This document shows, piece by piece, positions 50,484 to 58,551 of a stretch of 58,988 nucleotides of DNA. The DNA comes from Steroidobacteraceae bacterium. GTDB lineage: Bacteria > Pseudomonadota > Gammaproteobacteria > Steroidobacterales > Steroidobacteraceae. Numbering within the stretch: the first letter of the stretch is position 1; every line of letters begins with the position of its first letter. The notes under the pieces are model-generated. The model saw nothing but the letters and a program-made list of their open reading frames with translations. It searched no databases and was not told where the DNA came from. Made by a program: the position numbers and the translations under genes. The stretch is from assembly GCA_018059685.1 (NCBI GenBank), contig JAGOXN010000001.1:1-58988 (forward strand), read 5' to 3'.

Positions 50484-51541
50484 GGCAGCCGTTCCGCGAG
50501 CGGGCGACGGCGGCGCCAGATGCGCCAACGATCGCCACGCACGACCCGCAGCGCATGACCACCGAGCAGCAGGTCCACCTGGTCCACGCGACCGCTCGCC
50601 AGCGCGTCACGGGCAGGCCTGAAACACGCGAACTCGACTTCTTCGAGCGCCTGCGCCGTGGGCTCCGGTCGCGCGGGATGGGCCCACCCCATGGCCACGG
50701 TGCCGCCCGCGGTCTCGAGCGCCTGCGCGAGCGCCGGTGGCCCACTGCAGGGCGCACCGTGCAGGCGGGCAAGTCCCTGCAGCCACGCGTCGTCGCTGAA
50801 CAACCGGGGCAGCGCGGTCGTCGCCTCGCCGACGCGACCGAAACCCCACAGCCACAGCGAGTTGACCGTTACCTGGCCGCGCGCAACGCGACGTTCATTC
50901 ACCGGGTGCTCGTGCAGCAGCATCTGGACCTCGTTCATCAGTCGGCACACTTCGGGACCGTCGCGTCCGGCCGGCATCACGTCGCGCAGGTTACTGCCTG
51001 CCGCGGCCGAGGGCTCGACACTCGTGCACTGCACCTCCCTCGCGCTCGACCACAGCCAGCCGCCGTGGAGATCGCCCACAAACGCGTGGTCCACCGCGGA
51101 GAAATGCTCCTGCAGTGTCGCGCCGATCGCTTCGGCCTCCTCCGGGTCGAGCTCGACTACGCCCGGTGGCGCGATCCGCAGGTGCTCGATCGCGGCCAGC
51201 AGGTGCACCGGCGTCGCACACGCCCAGGTGCCGGCCGGCATTTCGTTCGTCCGCGCGGCACGCACGCACGGGCCGGCTGGAAAGCGTTCGAGGATCCCGT
51301 CGCCCTGCCCGGCGTCGTCGAGCAACCACGGACGCCATCCCGTGCGCGGCGCCGGAACCGATCTGCCGCGCGCGACGAGCCATTCGGCCGCCGCGAGGCG
51401 CCGATCCCGCACGTTCAGGACCATAGTGCGGGTGAACCACGGGATCGCGAGCCTCAGACAGCGCGAGAGCCCTTGGCATCCGGCGCCGTGCGGCGCGTTG
51501 CCGGGATGATCAGTCATGACCGGATCGTCCGCATGCAACAT
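50480..51541 (-). CDS. Conserved hypothetical protein, probably RpfE-type (the family often mis-annotated as phosphoglycerate mutase)
   Basis: Host-like codon bias. A C-terminal-half block, LLHEHPVNERRVARGQVTVNSLWLWGFG, resembles the RpfE-type family found next to recJ-prfB-lysS in Xanthomonas and betaproteobacteria. This is recalled from memory, not searched. The start is uncertain (51541, 51517 or 51424). Confidence 0.55.
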   Translation of the reverse strand: MLHADDPVMTDHPGNAPHGAGCQGLSRCLRLAIPWFTRTMVLNVRDRRLAAAEWLVARGRSVPAPRTGWRPWLLDDAGQGDGILERFPAGPCVRAARTNEMPAGTWACATPVHLLAAIEHLRIAPPGVVELDPEEAEAIGATLQEHFSAVDHAFVGDLHGGWLWSSAREVQCTSVEPSAAAGSNLRDVMPAGRDGPEVCRLMNEVQMLLHEHPVNERRVARGQVTVNSLWLWGFGRVGEATTALPRLFSDDAWLQGLARLHGAPCSGPPALAQALETAGGTVAMGWAHPARPEPTAQALEEVEFACFRPARDALASGRVDQVDLLLGGHALRVVRGDRWRIWRRRRPLAERLP

Positions 51542-51688
51542 GGTAAGCCCATGAGGTTGAATGTCGACCGGCGGGACACGCTGCCCTCGTACCTGCGCGC
51601 GCGCTGCTTCTTATCGGCACGTGCGTGAACATCGAATCCGCGGCGGCAGTCGATGCGCAGGTCGCTCCAGGGCCCGTCGGCGAAGCTC

Positions 51689-54600
51689 TCAGCGCCAGTC
51701 ACCGGCGGCGATGTACCCGGCCCAGTAGAAGGGATGCGTGCTCTCGCCGCGCGACCGGCGTCGCCGCAGGATTTCAGCGCCCGCGGCGTTCACCGCTTCG
51801 ATCGTCGATTCCCCCCCGATGAAGCGATGCCGGTACAGCGCCCCCATCCACTGGCGCGTCGCATCGTCGTCCACGGCCCAGAGACTCAGGACCAGCGTTC
51901 GTGCTCCCGCCAGCTCGAACGCGCGTTTCAATCCGAACACGCCCTCGCCCGCGCGCAGGCTGCCCAGGCCCGTGTCGCACGCTGAAAGCACGGCCCACTC
52001 GGTGCCTCGCAGGTCCAGTACGGCAATTTCCTGCGCAGTCAGGATTCCGTCATTCTCTTCGTAGGCCGCGTCGTCGCGGCGGTTGGCCCCGGCCAATGCG
52101 AGACCCGAAAGCAGCAGCGGGTTCTCGCGCGTGATCTGATCGAACGACGGTTGTCGCGAACCCTGGGTCCCCGCCTCGCCCGAACCGCATTCATCGCCGA
52201 GGAAGAACCCGTGCGTTGCAATGTGAACCACGCGATGCCCCGATGCCATCGACTTGAAGTCGGCCTCACTGGCGGCCGATCCGGACAGCGAGACCGCACC
52301 GGGCCCGCTCTCCCGGCCACCCTGCGTCGACGCCCGGTCCCAGTGCTGGACGATCTGCTGTATCTCCAGGGTCGAGCCTGGCAATGGTTCGAACCGCATC
52401 GCGGCGAATGTGCCGCAGGAGAACGGGGCGCCGCGGGCCGCGCGGCTCATGCGCTCCGTCACGCCGCCCGCGGCGGCGGCTTTACGGGTCGCACGCCGCG
52501 AGACTGACGGCAGATGGTCGAACGCAGGCGCGCCGAAGACCAGCAGCCCGCCGCCGGAACGTGCCGGCGCCTTCATGATCACGTCACGTTCCGCGGACAG
52601 GTAGTGCAACCGGCGGCGGGTGTCCGCAAGGTAACCACCGTCGGCTGCCGGAAGGGCCGCGAAGCTCACGAGATTCAAGGTTCCGTCCGGGACGATGAAT
52701 ACCTCCGCGGCGTCTCCAATTGCCGGCACGAGCCGGTCCCAGACCGAGCGGCGCAGTTGCTCGGCGACCCGGCGGTACGATGACTCGCCGGCACTCGAAG
52801 CCCGGCCGGCCGACTGCGCCTCGCTCGCGATGGCCGCACGCCAGCGCGCGACCATGGCATCGACCACCGTGGCATCCCCAAGTCGGAACGCCTGGGGCAT
52901 CGCCCGGGCCGCGGGCAGCACGAAAGCCATGTACTCCGGAGACGACTTGCCCACGGGCGGTGGCGGCTCACCGGGACGCGTCGCCAGTTCGACGTAGTCA
53001 TAACGCACGAAAGCCACCAGGGCCGATCCAGGCGGCAGCGACTCGCTCACCTGCTGCAGTCCCGACTGAGTCGACACCATCGTGTCGCGCAGCGTTTCGG
53101 TACGCGCCGCCAGCGACAGCTCGGCTTGCCTCAAGCCGATCCGTGCCGAGTCCAGCTCCTGCCTAAAGACCGCGTTCCCGCCCGTGCCCGGCCCGCGCAC
53201 CGTGAGTTTCGCGAGTCGATCGGTCGCGGTCTGCAGTTCACGGACGAGGTTCGCGAGGTCCCGGTCCTGCGCCTTGAGGAGCAGTTGTCGCCGCTCGATC
53301 AGACCGTCGAGAACCTGACCGCGTGCCCGGATCGCACTGTCCCACGCGGCAGCCACGAACTCATTGCGTTGCGGAATTGCAGCAGCGGCCGACAGCAGCT
53401 GGTCGACCGGATACCGCAGGCCGGCGGCAGCCGCCAACGCCTGTTCCTCGGGGGACACTCTGGCACTCAGGCGCAGGTGCTCGCGGAGAATCGCATCGGC
53501 CTTCTGCAGGGTGTCCCGTGCCGCGTCATAGTGCTGCATCGCGAAGTGGACACGAGCGATGTCCGCGAGATACACCGCGTTGTCGGGATGCGCCGGCCCC
53601 AGCACGCGCTGGTGGATCTCGAACCCGCGCTGCATGTATTCAAGGGCCATGCGAGGCTCGCCGAGCCCGAGACTCGACCGGCCCAGATCGCCCAGGACGT
53701 AGGCGACAGGTGTAGACGGCACATCGTCGGCTTCGAGCGCCTGATACACCTCGAGTGCACGCAGGCTGTAGGATCGGGCCGCTGGGTAGTTGCCTGCGTC
53801 GTAGTAGTGGTCGCCGAGGCTTCGCAGTGCATTGCCCACCGGGTAACCGTGCCCCCCGCTGTTTCTGTCGACGATCGCCAGGCTGCGCAACAGGAGCGGC
53901 TCGGCCTCTGAGAAGCGCCCGAGGTTCGTGAGGCTGACGCCGAGGTGTCGGAGCGCGCGTCCCAATTGCGGCTGCCACGGATCGAAAGTGCGCTCGAGAA
54001 TGGCGACGGCTCGCGCTTCCAGTTCCGCGGCCGCAGCGAAGTCACCCATGTCGTTGCGGACGATACCGAGCGCAAGCGTGTCCTCGGCCGCCTGCAGGCA
54101 ATCCTCGCCGAGCTCCCTCCGGACGATGGCCAGGCTGCGCTCGAAGTGCCAGACGGCCTTCGACCAGTTCGCGCTCGCGAGATACGAGTAGCCAAAGGCA
54201 TTCAGCGCGCCGGTCGTCATGATGCTTTCGGATCCGTAGGCAGTCTCGAGAATGGTCAGACCTTCGTCGAGACGGGCGCGCGCCTCCTCTCGCTGCGAGT
54301 CCGTGTAGGAAAGAGTCATGCCGAGCAACACCAGCGCAGGGCCGACACGTGGATGAGCCGAGCCGAGCGCGTGTCGATAGATCTGCACCGCCTGCTCCAG
54401 ATGCGATGCGCCTTCGTCTGCCTGTCCAGCCTCGGCCAGGGACACACCCAGCAACTCCAGCGCCTCCGCCACGGCGAGATCCGATGCGCCGAGGCGGCCT
54501 GTGCGAATGTCACGCGCCTGCACCGCCCAACGCACTGCGTCATCGGATTGGTACGTCGCCCGGGACAGGTATCCGAGAGCGAGCTGCACCGTCGCCAGGT

Positions 54601-55081
54601 CGGCCGGATCCGGCTCACGCATGGATTCGAGCAGGTGCAGGGAGCGCTGCAGACTCGCGGTCGCGGCGGAATGGTCGCCGCGAACCGTGAGCACGCGGCC
54701 GAGTCGTGCCAGGCTGCGCACCATCTCGGGACTCGATGCGCCGAAGTTGCGCTCGTTCAGCTGGACGGCACGCCGGGCCCAGACGAGCGCGTCCGGCCGG
54801 GCACCGCGCCGCCCATCGAGCAGGGACTGCACGAGAAGGTTGGCGATGTGCGCCGCCTCCGGCGAAATCTCCGCCCCGTTCCCGGTCAACCTCGCGAGCT
54901 CCTGACCGGCACGTTGCTCGGCCTCGGCGTAGCGCCCCTGGTAAAGCCGCTCCTCGATCTCGCTGGACGCCAGCGTCCGCGGCGCAGGCGTGGTTGCCGC
55001 GTGCAGACACGATCCCGCCAGCGCCAGCAAGCCGGCCGTAACGCTTGCGGCAGTCGTTGCCCACCACGTCCGTCGGGACAT
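51689..55081 (-). CDS. Exported TPR-repeat / CHAT-domain (caspase-like) protease, 1130 aa
   Basis: Signal peptide MSRRTWWATTAASVTAGLLALAGSCLHA. A long run of TPR-like repeats follows. The C-terminal CHAT domain has VVHIATHG (His codon 52211..52213), LSACDTG (Cys codon 51977..51979), GL.RAF..AGA..LV.SLW.V.D and HPFYWAGYI..GDW. Confidence 0.88.
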   Translation of the reverse strand: MSRRTWWATTAASVTAGLLALAGSCLHAATTPAPRTLASSEIEERLYQGRYAEAEQRAGQELARLTGNGAEISPEAAHIANLLVQSLLDGRRGARPDALVWARRAVQLNERNFGASSPEMVRSLARLGRVLTVRGDHSAATASLQRSLHLLESMREPDPADLATVQLALGYLSRATYQSDDAVRWAVQARDIRTGRLGASDLAVAEALELLGVSLAEAGQADEGASHLEQAVQIYRHALGSAHPRVGPALVLLGMTLSYTDSQREEARARLDEGLTILETAYGSESIMTTGALNAFGYSYLASANWSKAVWHFERSLAIVRRELGEDCLQAAEDTLALGIVRNDMGDFAAAAELEARAVAILERTFDPWQPQLGRALRHLGVSLTNLGRFSEAEPLLLRSLAIVDRNSGGHGYPVGNALRSLGDHYYDAGNYPAARSYSLRALEVYQALEADDVPSTPVAYVLGDLGRSSLGLGEPRMALEYMQRGFEIHQRVLGPAHPDNAVYLADIARVHFAMQHYDAARDTLQKADAILREHLRLSARVSPEEQALAAAAGLRYPVDQLLSAAAAIPQRNEFVAAAWDSAIRARGQVLDGLIERRQLLLKAQDRDLANLVRELQTATDRLAKLTVRGPGTGGNAVFRQELDSARIGLRQAELSLAARTETLRDTMVSTQSGLQQVSESLPPGSALVAFVRYDYVELATRPGEPPPPVGKSSPEYMAFVLPAARAMPQAFRLGDATVVDAMVARWRAAIASEAQSAGRASSAGESSYRRVAEQLRRSVWDRLVPAIGDAAEVFIVPDGTLNLVSFAALPAADGGYLADTRRRLHYLSAERDVIMKAPARSGGGLLVFGAPAFDHLPSVSRRATRKAAAAGGVTERMSRAARGAPFSCGTFAAMRFEPLPGSTLEIQQIVQHWDRASTQGGRESGPGAVSLSGSAASEADFKSMASGHRVVHIATHGFFLGDECGSGEAGTQGSRQPSFDQITRENPLLLSGLALAGANRRDDAAYEENDGILTAQEIAVLDLRGTEWAVLSACDTGLGSLRAGEGVFGLKRAFELAGARTLVLSLWAVDDDATRQWMGALYRHRFIGGESTIEAVNAAGAEILRRRRSRGESTHPFYWAGYIAAGDWR

Positions 55082-55102
55082 GTCTTCCCAGGGAGCGCCG
55101 CC

Positions 55103-55882
55103 TCAACCGTCGGCGTCGACGCCCTCCAGCTCCTGCAGGATCATCCTAGCATCGTCTTGCAGCGCCCCCTGCATCTTCACGACGAGGACCAGTTCCTGCC
55201 GCGCGCCCCGCAGGTTTCCCTGCGCCAGGTAGGCCTTGGCGAGGTAGAAGCGCGCTTCCTCCAGGAATGGCGTGTCGCCCAAGGCGATGGTCCGCCCGAA
55301 CTCCTGAACGGCCGCGGTGACCTGGCCCGCGAGCAGTTCGGACGCCGCGTGGAAGAACGCAAAATCGGCCCGTGCAGAATCGAGAGCTGCCGCCGTGCGC
55401 AAGCGCGGCGCGGCCGCGGCAAACTCGCGCGCCTGATAATGCACCATGCCCTCGTGGAACGCGGCAGTCGCATCGTCGGCGACCCCGCGCAGGACGACCG
55501 GCGAGTATTCCGGCGGCTCCACCTGCGCCAGGCGCGCGAGCAGTTGTGCGCGGGCGGGGGCCCCCGGCCGCCAGGCGGCGGATGGCGCCAGCAGCCAGGC
55601 GGCCACCAGGGAGGCTGCGATCGCCGCAACGGCCAACGCTCCCCACGACCACCCGCGATGCCCCGGCCCCGGCTGCCGCCGCGTCAACTTCGGCTCTGCA
55701 CGGGACCCGAGGGCCGCCTGGATCGCCTCCAGTTGCCGCAGCTCACCGAAACACCGCTCGCACTCGAAGTAGTGCAGTTCGTAGGTTTCCCGTTCGACGG
55801 AGTCCAGCTCGCCGAGCAGGTACCTCTCGGCGAGACCGTCGGCCAATACGCTGTCGCACTTTCCGCCCATCAGCCTCTCCAT
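55103..55882 (-). CDS. Anti-sigma factor (zf-HC2 N-terminus, one transmembrane helix, periplasmic TPR-like domain)
   Basis: HxxxCxxC motif HYFECERC (55751..55774), transmembrane segment WSWGALAVAAIAASLVAAWLL, and a helical-repeat C-terminal domain. The start is the ATG at 55882, or the one at 55870 that overlaps the sigma gene stop. Confidence 0.8.
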   Translation of the reverse strand: MERLMGGKCDSVLADGLAERYLLGELDSVERETYELHYFECERCFGELRQLEAIQAALGSRAEPKLTRRQPGPGHRGWSWGALAVAAIAASLVAAWLLAPSAAWRPGAPARAQLLARLAQVEPPEYSPVVLRGVADDATAAFHEGMVHYQAREFAAAAPRLRTAAALDSARADFAFFHAASELLAGQVTAAVQEFGRTIALGDTPFLEEARFYLAKAYLAQGNLRGARQELVLVVKMQGALQDDARMILQELEGVDADG

Positions 55883-56541
55883 AGTGGCCGGCGGGAAGCA
55901 TTTCGTGACACCCGGCCGAGCTCGTCCCTGAGCCGTTTCAGCGCCCGGCTCTTCTGCTGCCGGACCACCTCCGAAGAGACGCCGAGTCGGGCCGCCATCT
56001 CGCCGGGTTTCAAGCCCTCCGCCAGACTGAGGACCAGCACCTGCCGTTCCTGCGCGGTCAGGCCGCCAAGACACCGGCCGATCAGCTGCAGGTCGCTGTC
56101 GCGCTCCAGGCTGTCGGCATGATCGATGGTGACGAGCGACTCGTCGATCGGATCCATCTGCGGTCGGCGAGCTCGACTGCGCGCATGGTTGTTGATCATG
56201 TTGACGGCCGTACCGTGCACGAATGCCCCGAGCCTCTGGGTATCGAGCACACTGCCGCGACGCAGGGCCTGGATCACTGCCCACACGACGTCGACGGCCA
56301 GTTCCCGGGCCGCTTCGCGATCCTTGAGTCGCGCGACCCCCATCGCGAACACCCGGCCGGAAAAACGCACGTAGAGATCCTTCTCGGCCGCGCGATCGCC
56401 CAGCCGGACTCGCTCGGCCAGGGCCGCCCCGTCCTCACCTGCCTCCGTCCGGTCCTCGGATTCCATCCAGGGCATCTCGTGCCAGTCCATCACCTGCCAG
56501 GACGGCCCGTCACGCGCCCGGCTGTTCGTCTGCAGAGGCAA
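55870..56541 (-). CDS. ECF-type RNA polymerase sigma-70 family factor
   Basis: Region 2 (DLYVRFSGRVFAMGVARL...ELAVDVVW) and region 4 HTH (LTAQERQVLVLSLAEGLKPGEMAARLGVSSEVVRQQKSRALKRLR). The start is uncertain; internal ATGs occur at 56490, 56475 and 56466. Confidence 0.85.
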   Translation of the reverse strand: MPLQTNSRARDGPSWQVMDWHEMPWMESEDRTEAGEDGAALAERVRLGDRAAEKDLYVRFSGRVFAMGVARLKDREAARELAVDVVWAVIQALRRGSVLDTQRLGAFVHGTAVNMINNHARSRARRPQMDPIDESLVTIDHADSLERDSDLQLIGRCLGGLTAQERQVLVLSLAEGLKPGEMAARLGVSSEVVRQQKSRALKRLRDELGRVSRNASRRPLWRG

Positions 56542-56780
56542 TCTACTACGTCCACGCGCCCGATCACATGGTCACCGTGCGTTCGTTGAACTACGACCGA
56601 TTCCTGTTCTTGGCGCATTGCAGACGACCCGGGCGGGGCTCCCGTCACGATTCACCTCGTGGCGACCACTATCCATACGGGTCGAGGCGGCAAATGGTCG
56701 GGCACGTCGCAGGAGGTAGAGCGGCGACCGCCAACTGCTTCGAGAGTCGATCAATAGCAGTCGTCGCAAGGGGAGACACC

Positions 56781-57320
56781 ATGAGGTTCCAACGATTCCG
56801 ACAATTCGCTGCCGTCCTGCTGTTCGCCTGTTTGACGTCGAGTCCGGCACTTGCGCATGGCAGCAGGCATGGGAACGTGCCGATTTATGCAACGTTCGGA
56901 TTTCAGTGGACCCCGATGAATTACTTCGGGGGGATAGAAGATGACGACCCAAATTCCGATCCAACTAAAAGGGTGACCGAGACCCAGGGCGCTGCCAGAC
57001 TGCACAACGGCAAGGTCGTTGCCTTTGTGACGAGAGATGAGCTCGACATCGTCCAAGGTCACATCACCTCGGACTACGCGATCCTGATGTTCTCACCGGA
57101 AGACTGGGTCTACACGAAGTACGACCATATTCAGGCAGGCTATGACCCCGTGACCAATACGGCGTCGTTCGGTGGCCCGTTGACCGTGACGGGCGGCGAA
57201 GGCCGTTTCGCGGGCGCCACCGGCAATCTGACGATTCGTTCCAAGGTGCTGTTCTGGCCCATGCCTTCGGTCGGCGTATTCGAGATCAAGGGCGTCATCA
57301 AGACCCAGCAGCCCGACTGA
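56781..57320 (+). CDS. Secreted hypothetical protein (179 aa), atypical composition
   Basis: ATG preceded by GGGGAGA. Signal peptide MRFQRFRQFAAVLLFACLTSSPALA. Many A/T-ending codons, unlike neighbouring genes. The C-terminal G-G-E-G-R-F-A-G-A-T-G motif is reminiscent of small beta-barrel (dirigent/allene-oxide-cyclase-like) proteins, but that link is weak. Confidence 0.65.
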   Translation: MRFQRFRQFAAVLLFACLTSSPALAHGSRHGNVPIYATFGFQWTPMNYFGGIEDDDPNSDPTKRVTETQGAARLHNGKVVAFVTRDELDIVQGHITSDYAILMFSPEDWVYTKYDHIQAGYDPVTNTASFGGPLTVTGGEGRFAGATGNLTIRSKVLFWPMPSVGVFEIKGVIKTQQPD

Positions 57321-57471
57321 AACGGCCGGTGGCATGGCGAGTCGCGCGGATCTCTGGGTCGAAGGTGCGCGACGAGCGGACTGAGCGCGCGTCGATCGCG
57401 GGCCGATGATGCCCGCGGTCCTCGCGCCGAGCCGTCATGACCGGACTCTCGCCATCCAGTATCGTAGCCGC

Positions 57472-57861
57472 ATGAGGCTCGATATCGATCGACCCGATGC
57501 CCTGCATTTCATCCGTGCGTACGAGCCAGGCTTGATCCGCATCGGCACGCGGGAGTTGGCCGCTAGCGTCGTCGTCACCGCGACCTCGCTCATCGAGGAC
57601 TGGCGGCCGCGCCACATGTCCGACCTGCGGGCGTCCGACCTCGAGCCGGTGCTCGCGCTTCGACCGGAGGTGCTGCTGCTCGGTTCCGGCACGCGCCAGC
57701 TCTTCCCCGAGCCGAGCCTGCTCGCGACTCTGTATGCGGCGCGCATCGGTTTCGAGATCATGGACACCGGGGCCGCCTGCCGCACCTACAACGTGCTCGT
57801 GGCGGAGGGCCGCAACGTAGCCGCCGCGCTGATCGTCGAGCGCGCCACGTTGACGGGCTGA
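57472..57861 (+). CDS. Mth938-like (DUF498, NDUFAF3-like) domain protein
   Basis: Trimmed to the ATG at 57472 (MRLDIDRPDA...). Pattern I..Y..G.I.I......S.I.......W....LLLLGSG........L......GI..E.M.T.AACRTYN.L..EGR.V.AAL. Confidence 0.75.
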   Translation: MRLDIDRPDALHFIRAYEPGLIRIGTRELAASVVVTATSLIEDWRPRHMSDLRASDLEPVLALRPEVLLLGSGTRQLFPEPSLLATLYAARIGFEIMDTGAACRTYNVLVAEGRNVAAALIVERATLTG

Positions 57862-57865
57862 GGCC

Positions 57866-57882
57866 ACTGCGCGCGGCGCAGT
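57866..57882. terminator. Perfect 7-bp stem / 3-nt loop hairpin between convergent genes
   Basis: ACTGCGC-GCG-GCGCAGT. There is no U-tract, so intrinsic terminator function is uncertain. Confidence 0.3.
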
Positions 57883-57915
57883 CGGGACGGCGCCTCGGGG
57901 CCATTCATCGAGGGA

Positions 57916-58329
57916 TCAGGTGAGTGCTGCGGAGTTCGCGGCGATCCACTCGGCGAGCTGGTCTTCGCCGAGGTCGCCGGCGGCCAGCTGCAGGAAGGTG
58001 CTGACGCACTGAGCATCGCCGGCGAGCAACTCGTAGCCATTCAACTCGAGGAACAACTCGGCGACCACCAGACTGGTGCGTTTGTTGCCATCGAGGAAGG
58101 GATGATTACGAGAAATGCCGAAGGCGTAGCTCGCCGCAAGACGTGTGATCGACTGCGCACCGTAGGCGAACTGGTGACGAGGTCGACCGAGTGCGGATTC
58201 CAGGAGTCCGTGATCGCGCACCCCCGGCTGACCGCCATGCTCGGCAAGCTGTTCGTCGTGAATGGCCAGTACGACGTCGAGTTCGACCCAGACCGGCTCG
58301 GTCACGAATCGCGACCTGCTACTTGGCAA
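57916..58329 (-). CDS. doc: Type II toxin, death-on-curing (Doc) / Fic family
   Basis: Doc-type Fic motif HPFLDGNKRT. The track start is the TTG at 58329. The GTG at 58305, giving (M)TEPVWVELDVVLAIHD, fits the Doc N-terminal length better. Confidence 0.88.
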   Translation of the reverse strand: MPSSRSRFVTEPVWVELDVVLAIHDEQLAEHGGQPGVRDHGLLESALGRPRHQFAYGAQSITRLAASYAFGISRNHPFLDGNKRTSLVVAELFLELNGYELLAGDAQCVSTFLQLAAGDLGEDQLAEWIAANSAALT

Positions 58330-58543
58330 GCTCGCGCAGCGCCGCGCGACGCTTCAGCATGACCCTGCGCGCTGCTTTCATTTGCTGCTCGAACTCCGGG
58401 TTGTACGGTGTCAGCCGGTAGCCATCCTGACACTCCGTCAGGTAGACCGAATCGCCCTTTTCGAGCTTGAGTCGCGCCAGGATCTCCTTCGGAAGGACGA
58501 CGCCTGCGGAGTTGCCGACTGCGGTGAGCTTGAGCTTGGTCAT
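58319..58543 (-). CDS. AbrB/MazE/SpoVT-fold antitoxin partnered with Doc
   Basis: MTKLKLTAVGNSAGVVLPKEILARLKL..GD is the swapped-hairpin AbrB-type DNA-binding motif. 74 aa, directly upstream of doc. Confidence 0.85.
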   Translation of the reverse strand: MTKLKLTAVGNSAGVVLPKEILARLKLEKGDSVYLTECQDGYRLTPYNPEFEQQMKAARRVMLKRRAALRELAK

Positions 58544-58551
58544 ACGCCAAT

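Noticed and set aside
51689-55081. The TPR-CHAT protein as a CRISPR type III-E (Craspase/Csx29-like) or other defence-island component.
   Set aside because: The window has no cas genes, CRISPR array or other defence genes. The protein has a signal peptide and is operonic with an ECF/anti-sigma pair, which points to envelope signalling rather than a cytoplasmic nucleic-acid-guided system.
56582-56611. Possible ECF-type promoter upstream of the ECF sigma gene (minus strand AAGAAC-N16-TCAACGAA).
   Set aside because: The spacing and the -10 element do not match any ECF consensus I can state with confidence, and the motif could easily arise by chance. It is left as untested.
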